From the NCBI RefSeq assembly GCF_009914755.1, contig NC_060928.1: DNA of 64,000 nucleotides, one strand, 5' to 3'. The notes under the pieces are model-generated. The model had not been told where the DNA came from. It made no database searches and saw nothing but the letters and a program-made list of their open reading frames with translations. Of this stretch, positions 21,413 to 37,666 are shown piece after piece (position 1 is the stretch's first letter; the number at the start of each line of letters is the position of its first letter). Source of the DNA: the human T2T-CHM13v2.0 reference genome, Homo sapiens. The translations under genes were made by a program, and so were the position numbers.

Positions 21413-22309
21413 TTAAAAAACGACATCTGAGAACTCAAGACAATACTTTCAGAAGAAAAATGCTGCAAATTTCGAAAACAGGTGAACTAAATATTAATAA
21501 ATATTTGGTAATATTTATAAAGACAAAAGCATTTTGTTCCTTACAAACATTGGGCTTTTTGATATTCCGCTGAGTGTTTTATGAGCTGATCATAGGTGGA
21601 GATGCAGGTCAATTGAGCAGATCTTAATTAAGAGTCTTCACTTTGCCCAGTGTTGGGAATACAGCAGTATCAAGGCTTTGGGAAAAAAATCTGCTGGAGG
21701 CTGCTAAAGAAAGAATTGTACTTATTTCTTCCAAAACAGCCTCTCTTGTCTCTCTCCCTGGTCATGCACAGGAAAAACATGTAACTGTGATAATTTGGTA
21801 ATCACCCGACACCACAAGAGGGAGCCAACAGTAGATCCTTACTGAGCTGACCCCCATGGATTGGAGAATTTAGAAGGGGAAAGAAATTTGCTAGTGGATG
21901 ATGATTTTTAGCTGTTGAATCAAACCTATCCTGATCTATCTTTAAACTTGCCAGTTATTCAAACCAATAAATTCCTATAATTGTTTAAGCTAGTTTCTGT
22001 TACATCCAGAGGCATTCTACTCAATACAGTGGTTCTCTTATATAACTGCATTAATGCTGTATACTTCTACATGTTGACTTTTTCTTTTTATGCTATTGTG
22101 ATTATCATTTAACTTGTCTGTGTTCTCTTCAGAGTTTCAGCCAGAATTGTATCTATCTTGTAGACAATCCATACACCCAATACAATGTCCAATGGAATCT
22201 AGATACCTTAGCTATTTGCCAAAAGTGTGAGAAGAAACTATGCCATCACGGAGCATTATGCTATTTGATTTCTTTTTTGTAATGTTACTATATGATAGAA
22301 TTGTTACTG

Positions 22310-22662
22310 TTTTTTTGTTTTTGTTTTTGCAGATTTAGGAGGTACATGTGCAGGTTTGTTACATGGGTATATTGCACAATGCTTTGAGGTCTGGGCTTGT
22401 AATGATCCCATCACACAAGTATGGAACATAGTATCCAAGGTTTTTCAACACTTACCTGGCTCCCTCCTTACTTTTGGAGTACCCAGTATCTATTGTTTCC
22501 ATATTCGTGTCCATGTATACCCAGTGTTTAGCTTTCACTTATAAGTGAGAACATGCAGTATTTAATTTTCTATTTCTGAATAAATTTACTTAGAATAATG
22601 GCCTCCAGCTGCATTCATGTTGCTGCAAAGGACATGATTTTGTTCTTTTTTTTATGGCTGTG
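22310..22662 (-). mobile_element. Short L1 3' end (L1PA15/16 or L1PB4-like)
   Basis: GGTACATGTGCAGGTTTGTTACATGGGTATATTG ... CTTATAAGTGAGAACATGCAG. Confidence 0.85.
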
Positions 22663-23950
22663 TATTTGATTTCTTAACTTCCGTTTATTATGCACTATTT
22701 TCCTTAATTCATTTGTTTTCTTTTAAAACTATAAATACAGAAAAGCACATAGAGGCATGCATGAAACACCAACAATGAATAAATGTTTACACTGCATATC
22801 AAGTTGGACACCCCAATCCTAGTTCCCTCTCTTTGAATCCAAAACCAAATATTATCGTTATCTGCCATATAGGCTGGCTAGATTTTTAAAATAATATTGT
22901 TTTGTCTGGTTTCCAAAATATGTGCAAATGGAATTATACTCTACTTAATACTTGGAAACTTATTTTATACAGTCAACCTATGTGTTCCTGACATTTATCA
23001 ATGTAAATTCACATGGCTTTTGCTTATTCATTTTAAATGCTGTGTTGTTTTGCATCATAGGAAGATACCATGTCTAACGTTTTCAGTTACCTGTTAGTGG
23101 AGATTTGCATTGGTTCTAGTTTTCACTATTACAAACAATGCATCAAATGGACATCTTTATGTATCTGATGAGAGCTTTTCTACAATAATAGGACTAAGCA
23201 AGAAATTGATGGTCATAGGATATGCACATTATCAAATATACTGGATATTGCCAAACTCTCTTGTTTCAAAAAACGGCTGCAAATTTTGAAATTTTTGTGT
23301 ATTACAAAATTGCTTTCCAAAGTGGTTGCACCAATTTATACTTCCACCACAATCTAAAAAAGTAATCACTGGTCCACATCACTGCTTAATACTTGGTATT
23401 ATTAATTTTTACATCTCACTAATCTGATAGGTATGAAATGATTCTTCATTTTCATTTTTTTTTTTGCCCAGATTACTAGTGACATTATTATCCTGTTAGG
23501 TACTTACTCATCATTACGCTTTCTATTTTTGTGATTTGCCTGCTCATATCCATTGCCTATTTGGGGTAGAGGGGGTGTGGTTGACTTTTAAATCATTTTT
23601 CTAATTTGTCTGTAATAATTCATCATATATTTGATATAAATCTCTTTTTTATGTTGTGAATTACTTTTCCCTGTCTGACAATTATCTTACAGTTATGTTT
23701 ATGATGACTTAAACTTTTACTATTAGAAGTTCACTACAAAATAGTCTTTTCTTTTTGGGGGGTTTAGTTAAAACATCCTTCCCTACCCCAATATAGTAAA
23801 AGTATTCTCATTTTTTAATCTAAAAATTTTAAGTTTCATTTTTCACATTTAAATCTTTAATCCATATGAAATTTATTTTGCTTAAGGTGTAAATCAGGGA
23901 AATCTTTTTCATATAATAAATCAATCACATCAACACTTTTCTCCGTTAAT

Positions 23951-24034
23951 TTGTTTTTTTGTTTGTTTATTTGTTTTTGAGAAAGGGTCTTGCTCTGTCG
24001 CCCAGGCTATAGTACAGCAGCCACCGCGCCCACC
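23951..24034 (-). mobile_element. Internally deleted Alu remnant (tail end fused to 5' end)
   Basis: T-rich tail + GAGAAAGGGTCTTGCTCTGTCGCCCAGGCT joined to AGCCACCGCGCCC; flanked by CTTTTCTCCGTTAATTTGT / CTTTCCTCTGTTAATTTGT. Confidence 0.75.
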
Positions 24035-24819
24035 CTTTCCTCTGTTAATTTGTAAAGCTTTCTCTACGATACACCAAATTTCTTGTACACTTCCATCTGT
24101 TTCTGGGCTTCCTATTCTATTCCACTTATCTATTTGTCTATGAACCAATATCACATTGTCCTGTAAATATTATGGTATCCTGTTGATATATGGTAAGACA
24201 AGTCTTTAAAATGGTCTTAACTATTCACAATACTTTACTCTCCTATATAACTTTTTTAAAACAATCAATTTCCATAAAAATATATTGCTGGGATTTTAAT
24301 GAAATTTCATTTAATTTACAGATTAGTTCAGAAAATAGACACTTTTCTGGTATTGAATATTTCTATTTATGGGTATAATATGTCTTGTAATTTAGTTAGG
24401 TCTTCTGTCATATCTTTCAATAAAATTTTGTACTTTTTTCCAAAAAGATTGTGAACACCTTCTATTAGATTTATTCCTAGGTACATTTTTGGTTGTTGTT
24501 GGTTTTGTAAATTGTATCTTTTCAAGTTACTTTTTATGACCATCGTTGCTAAGTTCTTAGGCAAGCTATCAATTCTTTTATATTGGCCTTGTATTCAGCA
24601 AGTTAGCTGAATTATCTTAATTGCTTTAATGGTTGTCTTTTAAATTCTTAGATTTTCTATGTAGACAACCATATCATCTGACGGTCACAACTTTATTTCT
24701 CTTCTATTCTAATCCTTACACACACATCTTATTTATTTTACTTTATTTAGGTCTTTTATTATATGATGAATTGAAGCAGTGTTAACAGATATCTTTCACT
24801 TGTTCTTGTTTAAGTGTAC

Positions 24820-25227
24820 TTGACAAAAGGTAAAATCATGACTCATGCAAATATAAAATGGGTATGTGTCAAGGATTTTGTTCAATTGATTAATTAATGG
24901 GAGAACCAAGAACATGTTAAAATGAGTTCAAAAAATACTTCAGGCCCGTCGCAGTGGCTCATGTCTATTATCTCAACACTTTAAGAAGCCAAGGCAGGCG
25001 GATCCTGAATTGAGTCCGGGAATTTGAGACCAGCCTGGGCAACATGGTAAAAACTCATCTCTACAAAAAATACAAAAATTAGCTGGGTGTGGTAGTGTGC
25101 GCCTGTAGTCCCAGCTACTAGGAAAGCTGAGGTGGGAGGATCAGCCTGAGCCTGGCAGGTTGAGGCTGCAGTGAGTCGTGAGGGTGCCACTGCACTCCAG
25201 CCTGGGCGACACAGCCAGACCCTGTCT

Positions 25228-25283
<56 letters not shown>

Positions 25284-25530
25284 CCTTTAGAGCTAAGGCA
25301 GTAAATATAGGCAATTTAATAAAGGAACTTTAGGATAAGATTGCTGGGTTAAATACAAAACTGGTTAATACCCTACAGAGCAATAAACCTTACTTTGAGG
25401 TTGTATCTTTCACTAAAGAGAAATTATTTTCATCTGTACTAGACAAATATCTGCAAGTTAATCTCTGTATTTACAGACTGTAAAACAGCACGGTCAATAG
25501 AAAAATTAACTAAAGGTGCAAACCCAGAAC
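24820..25530. mobile_element. ERV1 LTR fragment (LTR37-like), interrupted by AluJ
   Basis: TGTCAAGGATTTTGTTCAA...TTAATTAATGGGAGAACCA motif recalled from LTR37. Confidence 0.4.
24943..25278 (+). mobile_element. AluJ with (CA)n tail (25231-25278)
   Basis: J-type dimer (GAGGCTGCAGTGAG, GACCCTGTCTC) followed by a perfect (CA)n run. Confidence 0.9.
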
Positions 25531-25700
25531 TGTGCCGAAAGAACACCTGGTATTCTTTTTTGCCCAATTCTAAGTTTTGGATAATTTTTCTGATGTTCTT
25601 TATATTAAAGAAAATGCTTATAAAATTTTACCATTAATTAAGGTGTTTGTGGAGTTTTTGGTAAATACCTTTTCCAGTAAGTTAAAGAAGTTTTCTTCTA

Positions 25701-25965
<265 letters not shown>

Positions 25966-26752
25966 TTAACTTTTTTTTGCTTTTTCTCCTTTTCGTATGT
26001 TAATGAGGTGGACTATATTGATAATTTCTTGATGTTGAAATATCACTTTATTCCTCAGAAAACACTACTTGGTCATGACGTGTTATGTTATATACTGGTG
26101 ACATTTATTTTCTAATATTTTATTTGAGAATTTTTCATTTATGTTCATAAGTGAAACTGCTCAGTACTTTTCTGGTTCTGTCCTTAGATTTTGTAAGCAG
26201 ATAATTTTCTTTCTTTGTCTACTCTTTTTGGAAAGTTTTAAAAATAAGATCTAGAATATCTTTTTTCTCATAGACTTGGTTGAAAAATCACTTATAAAAC
26301 TAATTTTGTATGGTTTCAATTTTAAGGGAGAAATTTTTGACTGCTGATGTAATTTTTAATGGTTATTGGCTTTTTTATATCATATTTTTTCTTGAATCAA
26401 TTTTGATAATTTATATTTTCTAGAAAAAATGAAATTTAAACATTTTCAAATTTATTGACACAAAGTTGTTCAAGGTGCTGTCTTGTGACTTTTCAAACAT
26501 TCATTCTTTTCATTTTTCTTAAAATTATTTATTTGTGGCTTCTTTATTCTTTTGATTAGTTTTATTTGATAATGTATTTTTATTTATCTTTTAATAAATA
26601 GATTGATTTTATGAATCACCTGTTTTTAAGTTGGTCTACTAGTCATTAATTTCTGTTCATATCTCTTGAAAAATAATTTCTTTCCAAGTTTTCTCACTAT
26701 TTGTGCAGCTTCTTGATTTGAATGCTTAACTAATTTATTTTAAGTGTTTCTC

Positions 26753-28274
26753 TTTTTTTTCCAAATGCAAACAGTCTTTATTATGAGAACGCAATGTTAT
26801 CTAGGTTTCTTTCTAATAAAATGACAAAGGAGGTTTCTTAAATAATTTACAAAGGGCAGAAATTGCTCTTGAACAGGGCTACCCCTCCCAGCACACCCAC
26901 AGTACTCTGCTTTGGGCATATAAATAGGTACCCATGAGCCCATGGTCTTAAGCCTGGAAATATCTCCTATGCCTTCCTTTGAGTCCCTGGTAGGAAAAGC
27001 AGGGATGAGAGTGGGACCCTACCAAGAGCCTTGGCACCGGAAACACAGTGGGTTGAGTTATTCTGCAGATGACTCCCCAAAAACCAGGCACCCAGGTACA
27101 CAGCTCAGAGCTCTCAAACATCTGATGCTGGCACTTCACATTACAGATGAAGCAAATACAAGACTCAAGGTCAAGTGTGCGATGAGTTTCTAAGCCCAAG
27201 AGTCCCTGGAAAACTAGAAGGAACAATTGTCCCCACCTCTGCAAGATCTCCACAAGACACTCCCAGTCTGTGGCAGGCAGTCACTGATGGGTCCAGATGT
27301 GGCTGGAGCAGGGGGGCACAGGGCTCCTTGTTAATCAGGTCCTTGTTAGCATGGCCCAGGGGTACTGATGACTCCTGGGGGGTTCCTCCAGGAAGCTCAC
27401 TGGAAGCACAGACATCCTTGGGTATGAAGCCTCGGTGGTCAGACAGGTCTTGTTTCCTGCAGAACAGAACTGCAGGGCACTTCCTCCGTGGTGAATGAGA
27501 GAGACGGTCATGTCATCACTCTCTTCCGCCATAATAGCTTCGTCCAGCTCTTGGGAGAGCTTCTGGAGATGCTGAGTTCCCGCCCCCGACGTCCCTCGGT
27601 CACTGTCAGACTCACTGGGAGAGCAGAGGGGCTCTGTTGAGGAGTAGGGACTCCGGAAGGCAGCCTCCCGCCTCGACAACCTTACTGGGTGGGCAGGTGA
27701 GCCTATGGGGCAGAGAGGCGGTGATGCTCCTTCTCCCAGGGGTCTGCGGCTGAGTGGGCAGGGGCGGCTCCAGACAGCCGGGTGCTCTCATGGCTCAGGC
27801 TGTGAGTTGGTGATCCACTGCCCTCTGTGCCCCTCTCTTCCTCCTCCTGGCCTTCACCTGGGTCTCCACCAGCCATTTGGTGCCGCTTTGGTAGGACTCC
27901 TGGATTCTCTGGGACTTGGCACCCAAGGCACTCTTAGCTGAGGGAGCTGCAGCCTGGAGGCCCTGTGGCCCTGGCTCTGGTGTTTCCAGGCGTTTCCAGG
28001 AGGGGCCTGCCTGGAGGCTGAGGTTGACAGCTCTCAGGGGCAGCCTCCTTTGGAGCTGTCTGCTTAGGGAACTCAGGGCCCCGGCAGAGGTCTCCTGATG
28101 GCTGGCCAAAGGCTGCAGCTCCTTGCTGCCCTCCAGCTGCTCCTGGTGCTGTAGAGATTTCCGGCGCACAGAGGCCCCCATTCCCTGCCACCAGGAAGCC
28201 ATCTGCCTGGCCAAGAGTCTTCTCTGCCCACTACACCCTGACACCACCAACACCCACCCGAGCCCGAACGCATC
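26753..28274 (-). pseudogene. Processed pseudogene of PIMREG (FAM64A); probably PIMREGP2
   Basis: ATG at 28202 starts MASWWQGMGASVRRKSLQHQEQLE...RRLPLRAVNL...WLVETQVKARRRKRGAQ. A later frame gives SRREAAFRSPYSSTEPLCSPSESDSD...LQKLSQELDEAIMAEE. Intronless, frameshifted, ancestral stop changed to GGA (27485-27487). AATAAA at 26782-26777, poly(A) 26753-26760, TSD GTGTTTCTC (26744-26752, 28275-28283). Confidence 0.95.
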
Positions 28275-29199
28275 GTGTTTCTCATTTTTTAAAGAAATGT
28301 ACTTAAGGCTATGAATTTCATCCTTAGTTACAGTTTAGCTATACTCCGTAAGACTTCACAGATAATTATTCATTCTATTTTGTAGTTTTAATTGTTTTTA
28401 TGCCTTTAACCCATACAAAACATTTGTGCACATTATTAAGTTTTTAAAATATCAGTTTCCAAAATTTAAGCAGGGTTTGTTTCTTTAAAAATATTTAATT
28501 GAATCAAAATTAGAGAATATGGCATGCATCTCATTAATTTTTCAAGAAATTTTTATGGCCTTTTATGTGGTTATTTTAAAAAACGATGAAAACTCGGGCT
28601 GGCAAAAATAAACAAATAAATAAAAATAAAAAATAGAAAAATGAACCATCTGGTTTTCTTTATGGGGCAAATATATTGATATACTTAATATTTAAATAGC
28701 ATAAATAAATGAGAGTACTATAGAATATAAATATTATATAATACATATAGAATACATAAAAATTAGATAAAATCTGATAATTTTATTGTTTGACTCTTCT
28801 ATATCTTAACTAATCTTTCTCCTCTCCTTTGCCAATCTTCTTTTGGTAGAAATTTATTAAAATCTTTCTGTGATCATCTGTTAATTTCTTTCTATAATTC
28901 TGTACATTTTTGCTTTTAATAGCTCAAAACTATCCTGTCGGTGTATATAGTTCATGTAGTATCATTTTCTTATTGGATTATTTCTTTTATTTTTGTGTAG
29001 CATTTTCCCTCTATTTATATTTTACATGTTAAAATGCTATTTTTGGCATTTTGATGTTGATAAGCCTATGTCACTTTTCTTATTCTTCGCATTTGTTTTT
29101 CCTTATTTTGTCTTTAATCAGTTTAAGCATACATATTTTTAGTCTTTACCCAATTATTGTATAACAAAAAAATCCGCAAATGTTTTGTAATTTTAGATT

Positions 29200-31830
<2,631 letters not shown>

Positions 31831-31893
31831 TTGATTTTAAATAGGTAATTCTCTGGCAATCCATGTGGAGAGAACTGCTCTTAAGAAATTCCT

Positions 31894-32189
<296 letters not shown>

Positions 32190-33069
32190 TAGAAATTGCA
32201 AAGTGGTTTTATATTTGCTCCTGTTGGTGATTCAAGTGTTTTGTCACTCAAGTCTACTTTTCATGTTAATTTCTCAGTTTGGGAGTAAATTTTAATCCCA
32301 AGGCAAACTGAGACTTCAATTTCTCAAAAGAAACTTCAAAAAATCTAACTCAGAGTCCTAACATCATGTAATTTATCAATAAATATGTTAGTATGTATCA
32401 CTAAAAATTATTTTAAAAATTTTGGGACAAACTTAGGACTATTTACTTAGCACAACTGTAATACTATCACAGAAAAACAAAAACAAATACAAACCATCAT
32501 GAATTTCTTAATCAATGTTAAAGTTTTCAGTGATCTCATATATATCATTATTTTAACAGTCCTTTTGAATCAAGATCCAAATAAGTTTATAACATTGCAT
32601 TAGTTAATGTATCTTCTATATTTCTTTAAGTCATTAGATTTTTCCTCCAACTTGTGTTTTTTTATAATTCTTATAAATCAGTTTCTTATTTTCCCGATTG
32701 CTGATATAATTTAACATGTTTCTCTGTCACCTGTATTTCCTATAAATTAAACCAGATTTATGTTAAATTTTTTTGTGTGGCAAATTGGTTTTTTCCATCA
32801 GGAAGACATAGTTCCTGTTCATCATTCCTTTTGTGATGTTAGCAGACATTGATGTGCAATGTGTAAATTTTTAATGTTTTCTTACTATCAAATTTTTACA
32901 TACTAAAGACACAAATACAGATCAGTCATTTTATCACATTTTGCTGAAGCATTTATAATTTATCATTCTATTATCTTCAACAAAAGAAGAATTGTTGTTG
33001 TTGCTGTTGTTTTGACCAGCCTGTGACCTTCCAACAGGTTAGCTGCAGCGATACCTGAACTGCCATTCA

Positions 33070-33215
33070 TTTTTTTTTTTTAATTTTTAATATTTTTGTA
33101 GAGAGGAGTCTCCCTATGTTTCCCATGCTGGTCTTTAACTCTTGGCCTCAAGTGATCCTCCTGCCTCAGCCTCCCAAAGTGCTAAGATTACAGGTATGAG
33201 CCACTGCACCCAGCC
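33070..33215 (-). mobile_element. FLAM (free left Alu monomer)
   Basis: Poly-T plus a single antisense left monomer; TSD CCATTCA. Confidence 0.8.
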
Positions 33216-33278
33216 CACCATTCAATGTAGCTTCAAGATTTGAACCAATAACAAATCTTAATCTGCTGTCATGACATC

Positions 33279-33532
33279 ATGTGGATGTATTGGTAACAGG
33301 CTGGGCTCAGCTATGTCAAAAACTCCCAGATCTGTGCAAAAGTAGTAAGAAATACACTGATGACTGAAGTCAAAGCAAATGCTGAAAAAGCTCCTGGTAG
33401 CAGCATAAAAATGGTGAATGTAAAAAAGGAGTAATTGTATCCTGACTAAAGCTTGAAATGTTACACTTTTAAGGTGGAGATCTATGAATATATAGATGGC
33501 AGTTTGAAACGTTCTCATGCCATGAAAAAAAA
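33279..33532 (+). pseudogene. Processed pseudogene of ATP5F1E (mitochondrial ATP synthase F1 epsilon); probably ATP5F1EP1
   Basis: 33279-33434 translates [50 protein letters not shown], colinear with the 51-aa ATP5F1E ([51 protein letters not shown]). Followed by the 3' UTR motif CCTGACTAAAGCTTGAAATG. Premature TAA at 33294. Confidence 0.92.
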
Positions 33533-33847
33533 GGTCTAAATTAAGGTGTGATTTTTTAAAAAGTACGTAATTATTTCCTACATTAGAAGAAATAGAAGAA
33601 ACAAAGGCATGATATCAGCTCCCTCATGATGTATATTGATTGGGACAAAGAAACTGGTGACTGACCTTTTAGTTGGAAAAAGAATACACAGAGCGTGAAG
33701 AACCAGAGAGGGGTTCTGAAAGTAGGAAGATATTGAGGGGAATAAAAGAAGATGAGATAATTAATAAACTTGAAGTAAAAAAAATGATTTGAACTCTCTG
33801 GGTAGTAGCTTTACGATATGCAATAAGCAATTAAACTGTTAATACTC

Positions 33848-34136
33848 TTATTTTAAGTTTCAGGGTACATGTGCAGGATGTGCAAGTTTGTTACATAGGT
33901 ACACATGTGCTGTGGTGATTTGCTGCACCTATCAACCTATCACCTAGATATTAAGCTCAACATACATTAACTATTTTTCCTAATGCTCTTCCTCCCCCCA
34001 CCCCGCCCCTTGACAGGCCCCAGTGTGTGTTGTTCCCCTCCCTGTGTCCATGAGTTCTCATTGTTCAGCTCCCACTTATAAGTGAAAACATGCAGTGTTT
34101 GGTTTTTTGTTCATGCGCTAGTTTACTGAGGATAAT
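33848..34136 (-). mobile_element. L1PA8/PA10-like 3' end
   Basis: GGGTACATGTGCAGGATGTGCA...GACAGGCCCCAGTGTGTGTTGTTCCCCTCCCTGTGTCCATG. Confidence 0.85.
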
Positions 34137-34329
34137 ATCATCAATTATTTTACAAAAATTTTTGGAATGGCATACTATATGCTGTAATTTATCTAATCAT
34201 TTTCCAGATGTATACCTTGGGATAGTAATTTTTAACTTTTGTTAAACCACATGTTAAACAACTCTAACTTGGAACTATCAGACTTTTTCTTTAGGATAGT
34301 TTTTTAGAAGTAGGATAACTAAGTCAAAG

Positions 34330-34401
34330 AGTATTAATAATACTCTTTGATACTTTTATTAAAAGGTAGTAATAAAAATATCAAAGAGTATTATTAATAC
34401 T
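34330..34401. repeat. Inverted repeat: 32-bp arms, 1 mismatch, 8-nt spacer
   Basis: AGTATTAATAATACTCTTTGATACTTTTATTA (34330-34361) pairs with 34370-34401. Confidence 0.9.
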
Positions 34402-35248
34402 TACATATAATACTAATTTGACTCAATTATTCTACAGTTTTCTAACATTCTTTCAGCATGTAATACCAACTTCCTTCTTAACCTCATAGAAAATGGAGAA
34501 AGAAACACAAATGTTTTCAACAGAAGAATAAATATGATTCTGTTTTAGAAAAAAAAGAAAAAAGCACAGTGGTAGCAGAATGACCATTTGCCATTTCCCT
34601 TCCTGTGAAATCTGTCTCTTTTTGACCTTTGCCCATATTTTATTATTGAGGTGTTGGTATCTTTCTTATCAGTTTCCCTTAACTCTTTCCATCAAAGTAT
34701 TATTAAAGATAATAATTCTTTTTCATATGTGTGATGAATTTTTCTCCCAGTTTAATATTTGACTTATGGTTTTATTTTTATATCTTTGGGCCTTTTTTCT
34801 TTGTATGTCTTCATGATGAATGTAATATGCATTGCTTATAACAAACAATACAGACATTGATAAAGTAAAAAGCAAAAGCAAAGGGTAGGATAACACAGTA
34901 TAAAAATCGTTGTGTATTTAAACTATCCTGCTTTTTTATGCCTTCTTAGTTTTGTGTAGTATTGTTTAAATTCTGTATATGTCCGTGTGTTTTCACTGGA
35001 GATTTCCATTTCTCTAGGATGGCATGGTGTTTTAGATTTAAAGAAGAGGAAGGGGGATTGTTGCCTCAGTTGAATCCCTAGTATTCCTTCTACTCAATGT
35101 TCTGAGAGGAAATCTTACTGATCATAAGTCATTTTTCTGGAACTTCCATGGTGAGTAGGGCTAAATATTTTAGCAACTGAAGAAACAATTTGAACAAACT
35201 GTTAGTTTTAGACATGATTTGTTAGGTCATCTATAAAAACAAATAGCA

Positions 35249-35622
<374 letters not shown>

Positions 35623-37666
35623 TCATCTACAAACACAAGCCCACCAAACATCTGTTTCCACAAGAAAGCGTTAATGTGCCTCTTAATATCCATGATATGA
35701 TAGAATCCATTGTTTTCAGGAGTCAAGGGAACACTAAAGATTGGTAGGCATGCAAAGCCACACATAGTGTAGCTTTAGGCTGCTAGTATTTGCTGATCTT
35801 TGTTCTCTTTGCAAAAGGATAAAAGAAGAAGAGAAATTTGTCCAAAGGACCCAGGTAAACAACTTTTTACCTATGTTTAAAACCTTCATAAATTTGCCAG
35901 GATGATTCATATGTATTCTACTATATATAAAAGAAAGTTCTTTTTCTAAAAAAAAAAAAAAAAACCTAAGAAAACACCCATTTAGAACCACTACATACAC
36001 ATGGAGAAATGACATTATAGCTGAATGTAAATTTAGGAGACCGAATAAAAGTTATTTAGGTAGACAAGGCAGGGACAAGTATTCTGAAATAAAGGAATAG
36101 CAAGAGCAAAAGAATGAGGCACAAAAGAGTTTTCCATTTTTCTTTCTCTGTCCTCTGACTCCAGATCCTTTCCTGCCACATTCTTTATTCCTATCACTAA
36201 AATAAATGGTTCCATTAAACAATAACAAGTAAGTTTTAATATAAAACTGCTCAGAATGTTCAGAGGAAAAATGTTCTATAACTGTAAATACGAACAAGTA
36301 ATTTATAAAATATCACTGAACTAACAAATTAATGTTTCTGGAATCATATTTTAGTTTTCTAGAAGACATCTGTCTTGTCTGTGGAAAGGTGAGAGAAGAT
36401 CTTGTACACAAAGATTTATGTGCGAGGATGTTCAATGACTTATTATCTGTAATAAAGAAAAAAATGAGAATACCTAATTCTAACTCGAGACAAGTAGTTA
36501 CATAAATTACGCCTACTAATATATGACATAAGGATATGATCACTACATATTCTCCATTAAAAATAGTTACAAAATATACAAGGTATAATTTTATATTTGC
36601 ATAGAAATGTACATAGAGAGACATATAGAGAAAACACTGAAAGGATGTCCTATATATGAAAAAATAGTATTCCTTCTAGGTTTTGGAATTACTTCCTACA
36701 TGTTTTCAATACTGTCTATAATGAACGCTTCTCACTTTATAATCATAAGACAAATCGCAATAAATTTTAGTGGCAGGGGTTGGGGAATAAACATATCCAT
36801 TAGGAGTTTAATGGACTTACAGTATTTTAACTTTAGTCTTTGGTTTGTAAACTATAGGTCAAATGTAAATATAAGAAATGCTCCCTACTTGTTTCTTAAA
36901 GGAGAACCATGTCTTTGTATTTTAATCAATTAGATACATGTTTGAAAAACAAAAGCGAGACCTGTAATACCGATTGGAATACTTGTGCTTGCACTAAAAA
37001 CTTCAAATATTTTTCTGCCCTCGACTTTGAGTAAACAACTTTAGAAAAATAACACATATTTTGAGTTATATTCATCTTTGGATGAACTTTAGGAGATTTA
37101 TCTGTTGGATAATTGAGACTGAGTTATTATTGTTCTAAGGACAATTTTTTTCTACTATAGCTTAGCAGCCAGATACAGATTAGCATTTATCAATAAAGCT
37201 GAGTTTTGTTCTGTCAATAATATTGCTTAGAGATAGGCTATTAAAATGTGTCATTGTTAGTGCCAGTGCCTGTTCTGACTTATAAAATAAAGTTCTAGCA
37301 ATTTAGAAAGTTATTCTCTTTTTTCACAGTGAGAAATATGAGGTCAGTGAGGATGTGACTTATTTATCTGTTGAAAATCATAGGAATAATAACTATATTT
37401 ACTCATTGCTTACTATGTGTCAGTCTCACACTGGTCCTGAGAGAGGTGTCCTAATAATGAAAACATAATTAGTCCAAAACAATTAGAAAGTAGTTTCTTT
37501 AAAAAGGTAAGTGTTTTATCAATGATATATGTGGCATAATAATTAGGAACTTTTATACCTGTGTACTAATTGTGATATCATCACCTAGTATTTATGATGT
37601 TGGACAAATTATTCAAACTCCCTGACTTAGTCATCCCCATCTATAAAACAAAAGAAGCATTGTACC

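Noticed and set aside
26942-28314. Plus-strand ORFs over the GC-rich block
   Set aside because: Antisense shadows of the PIMREG retrocopy.
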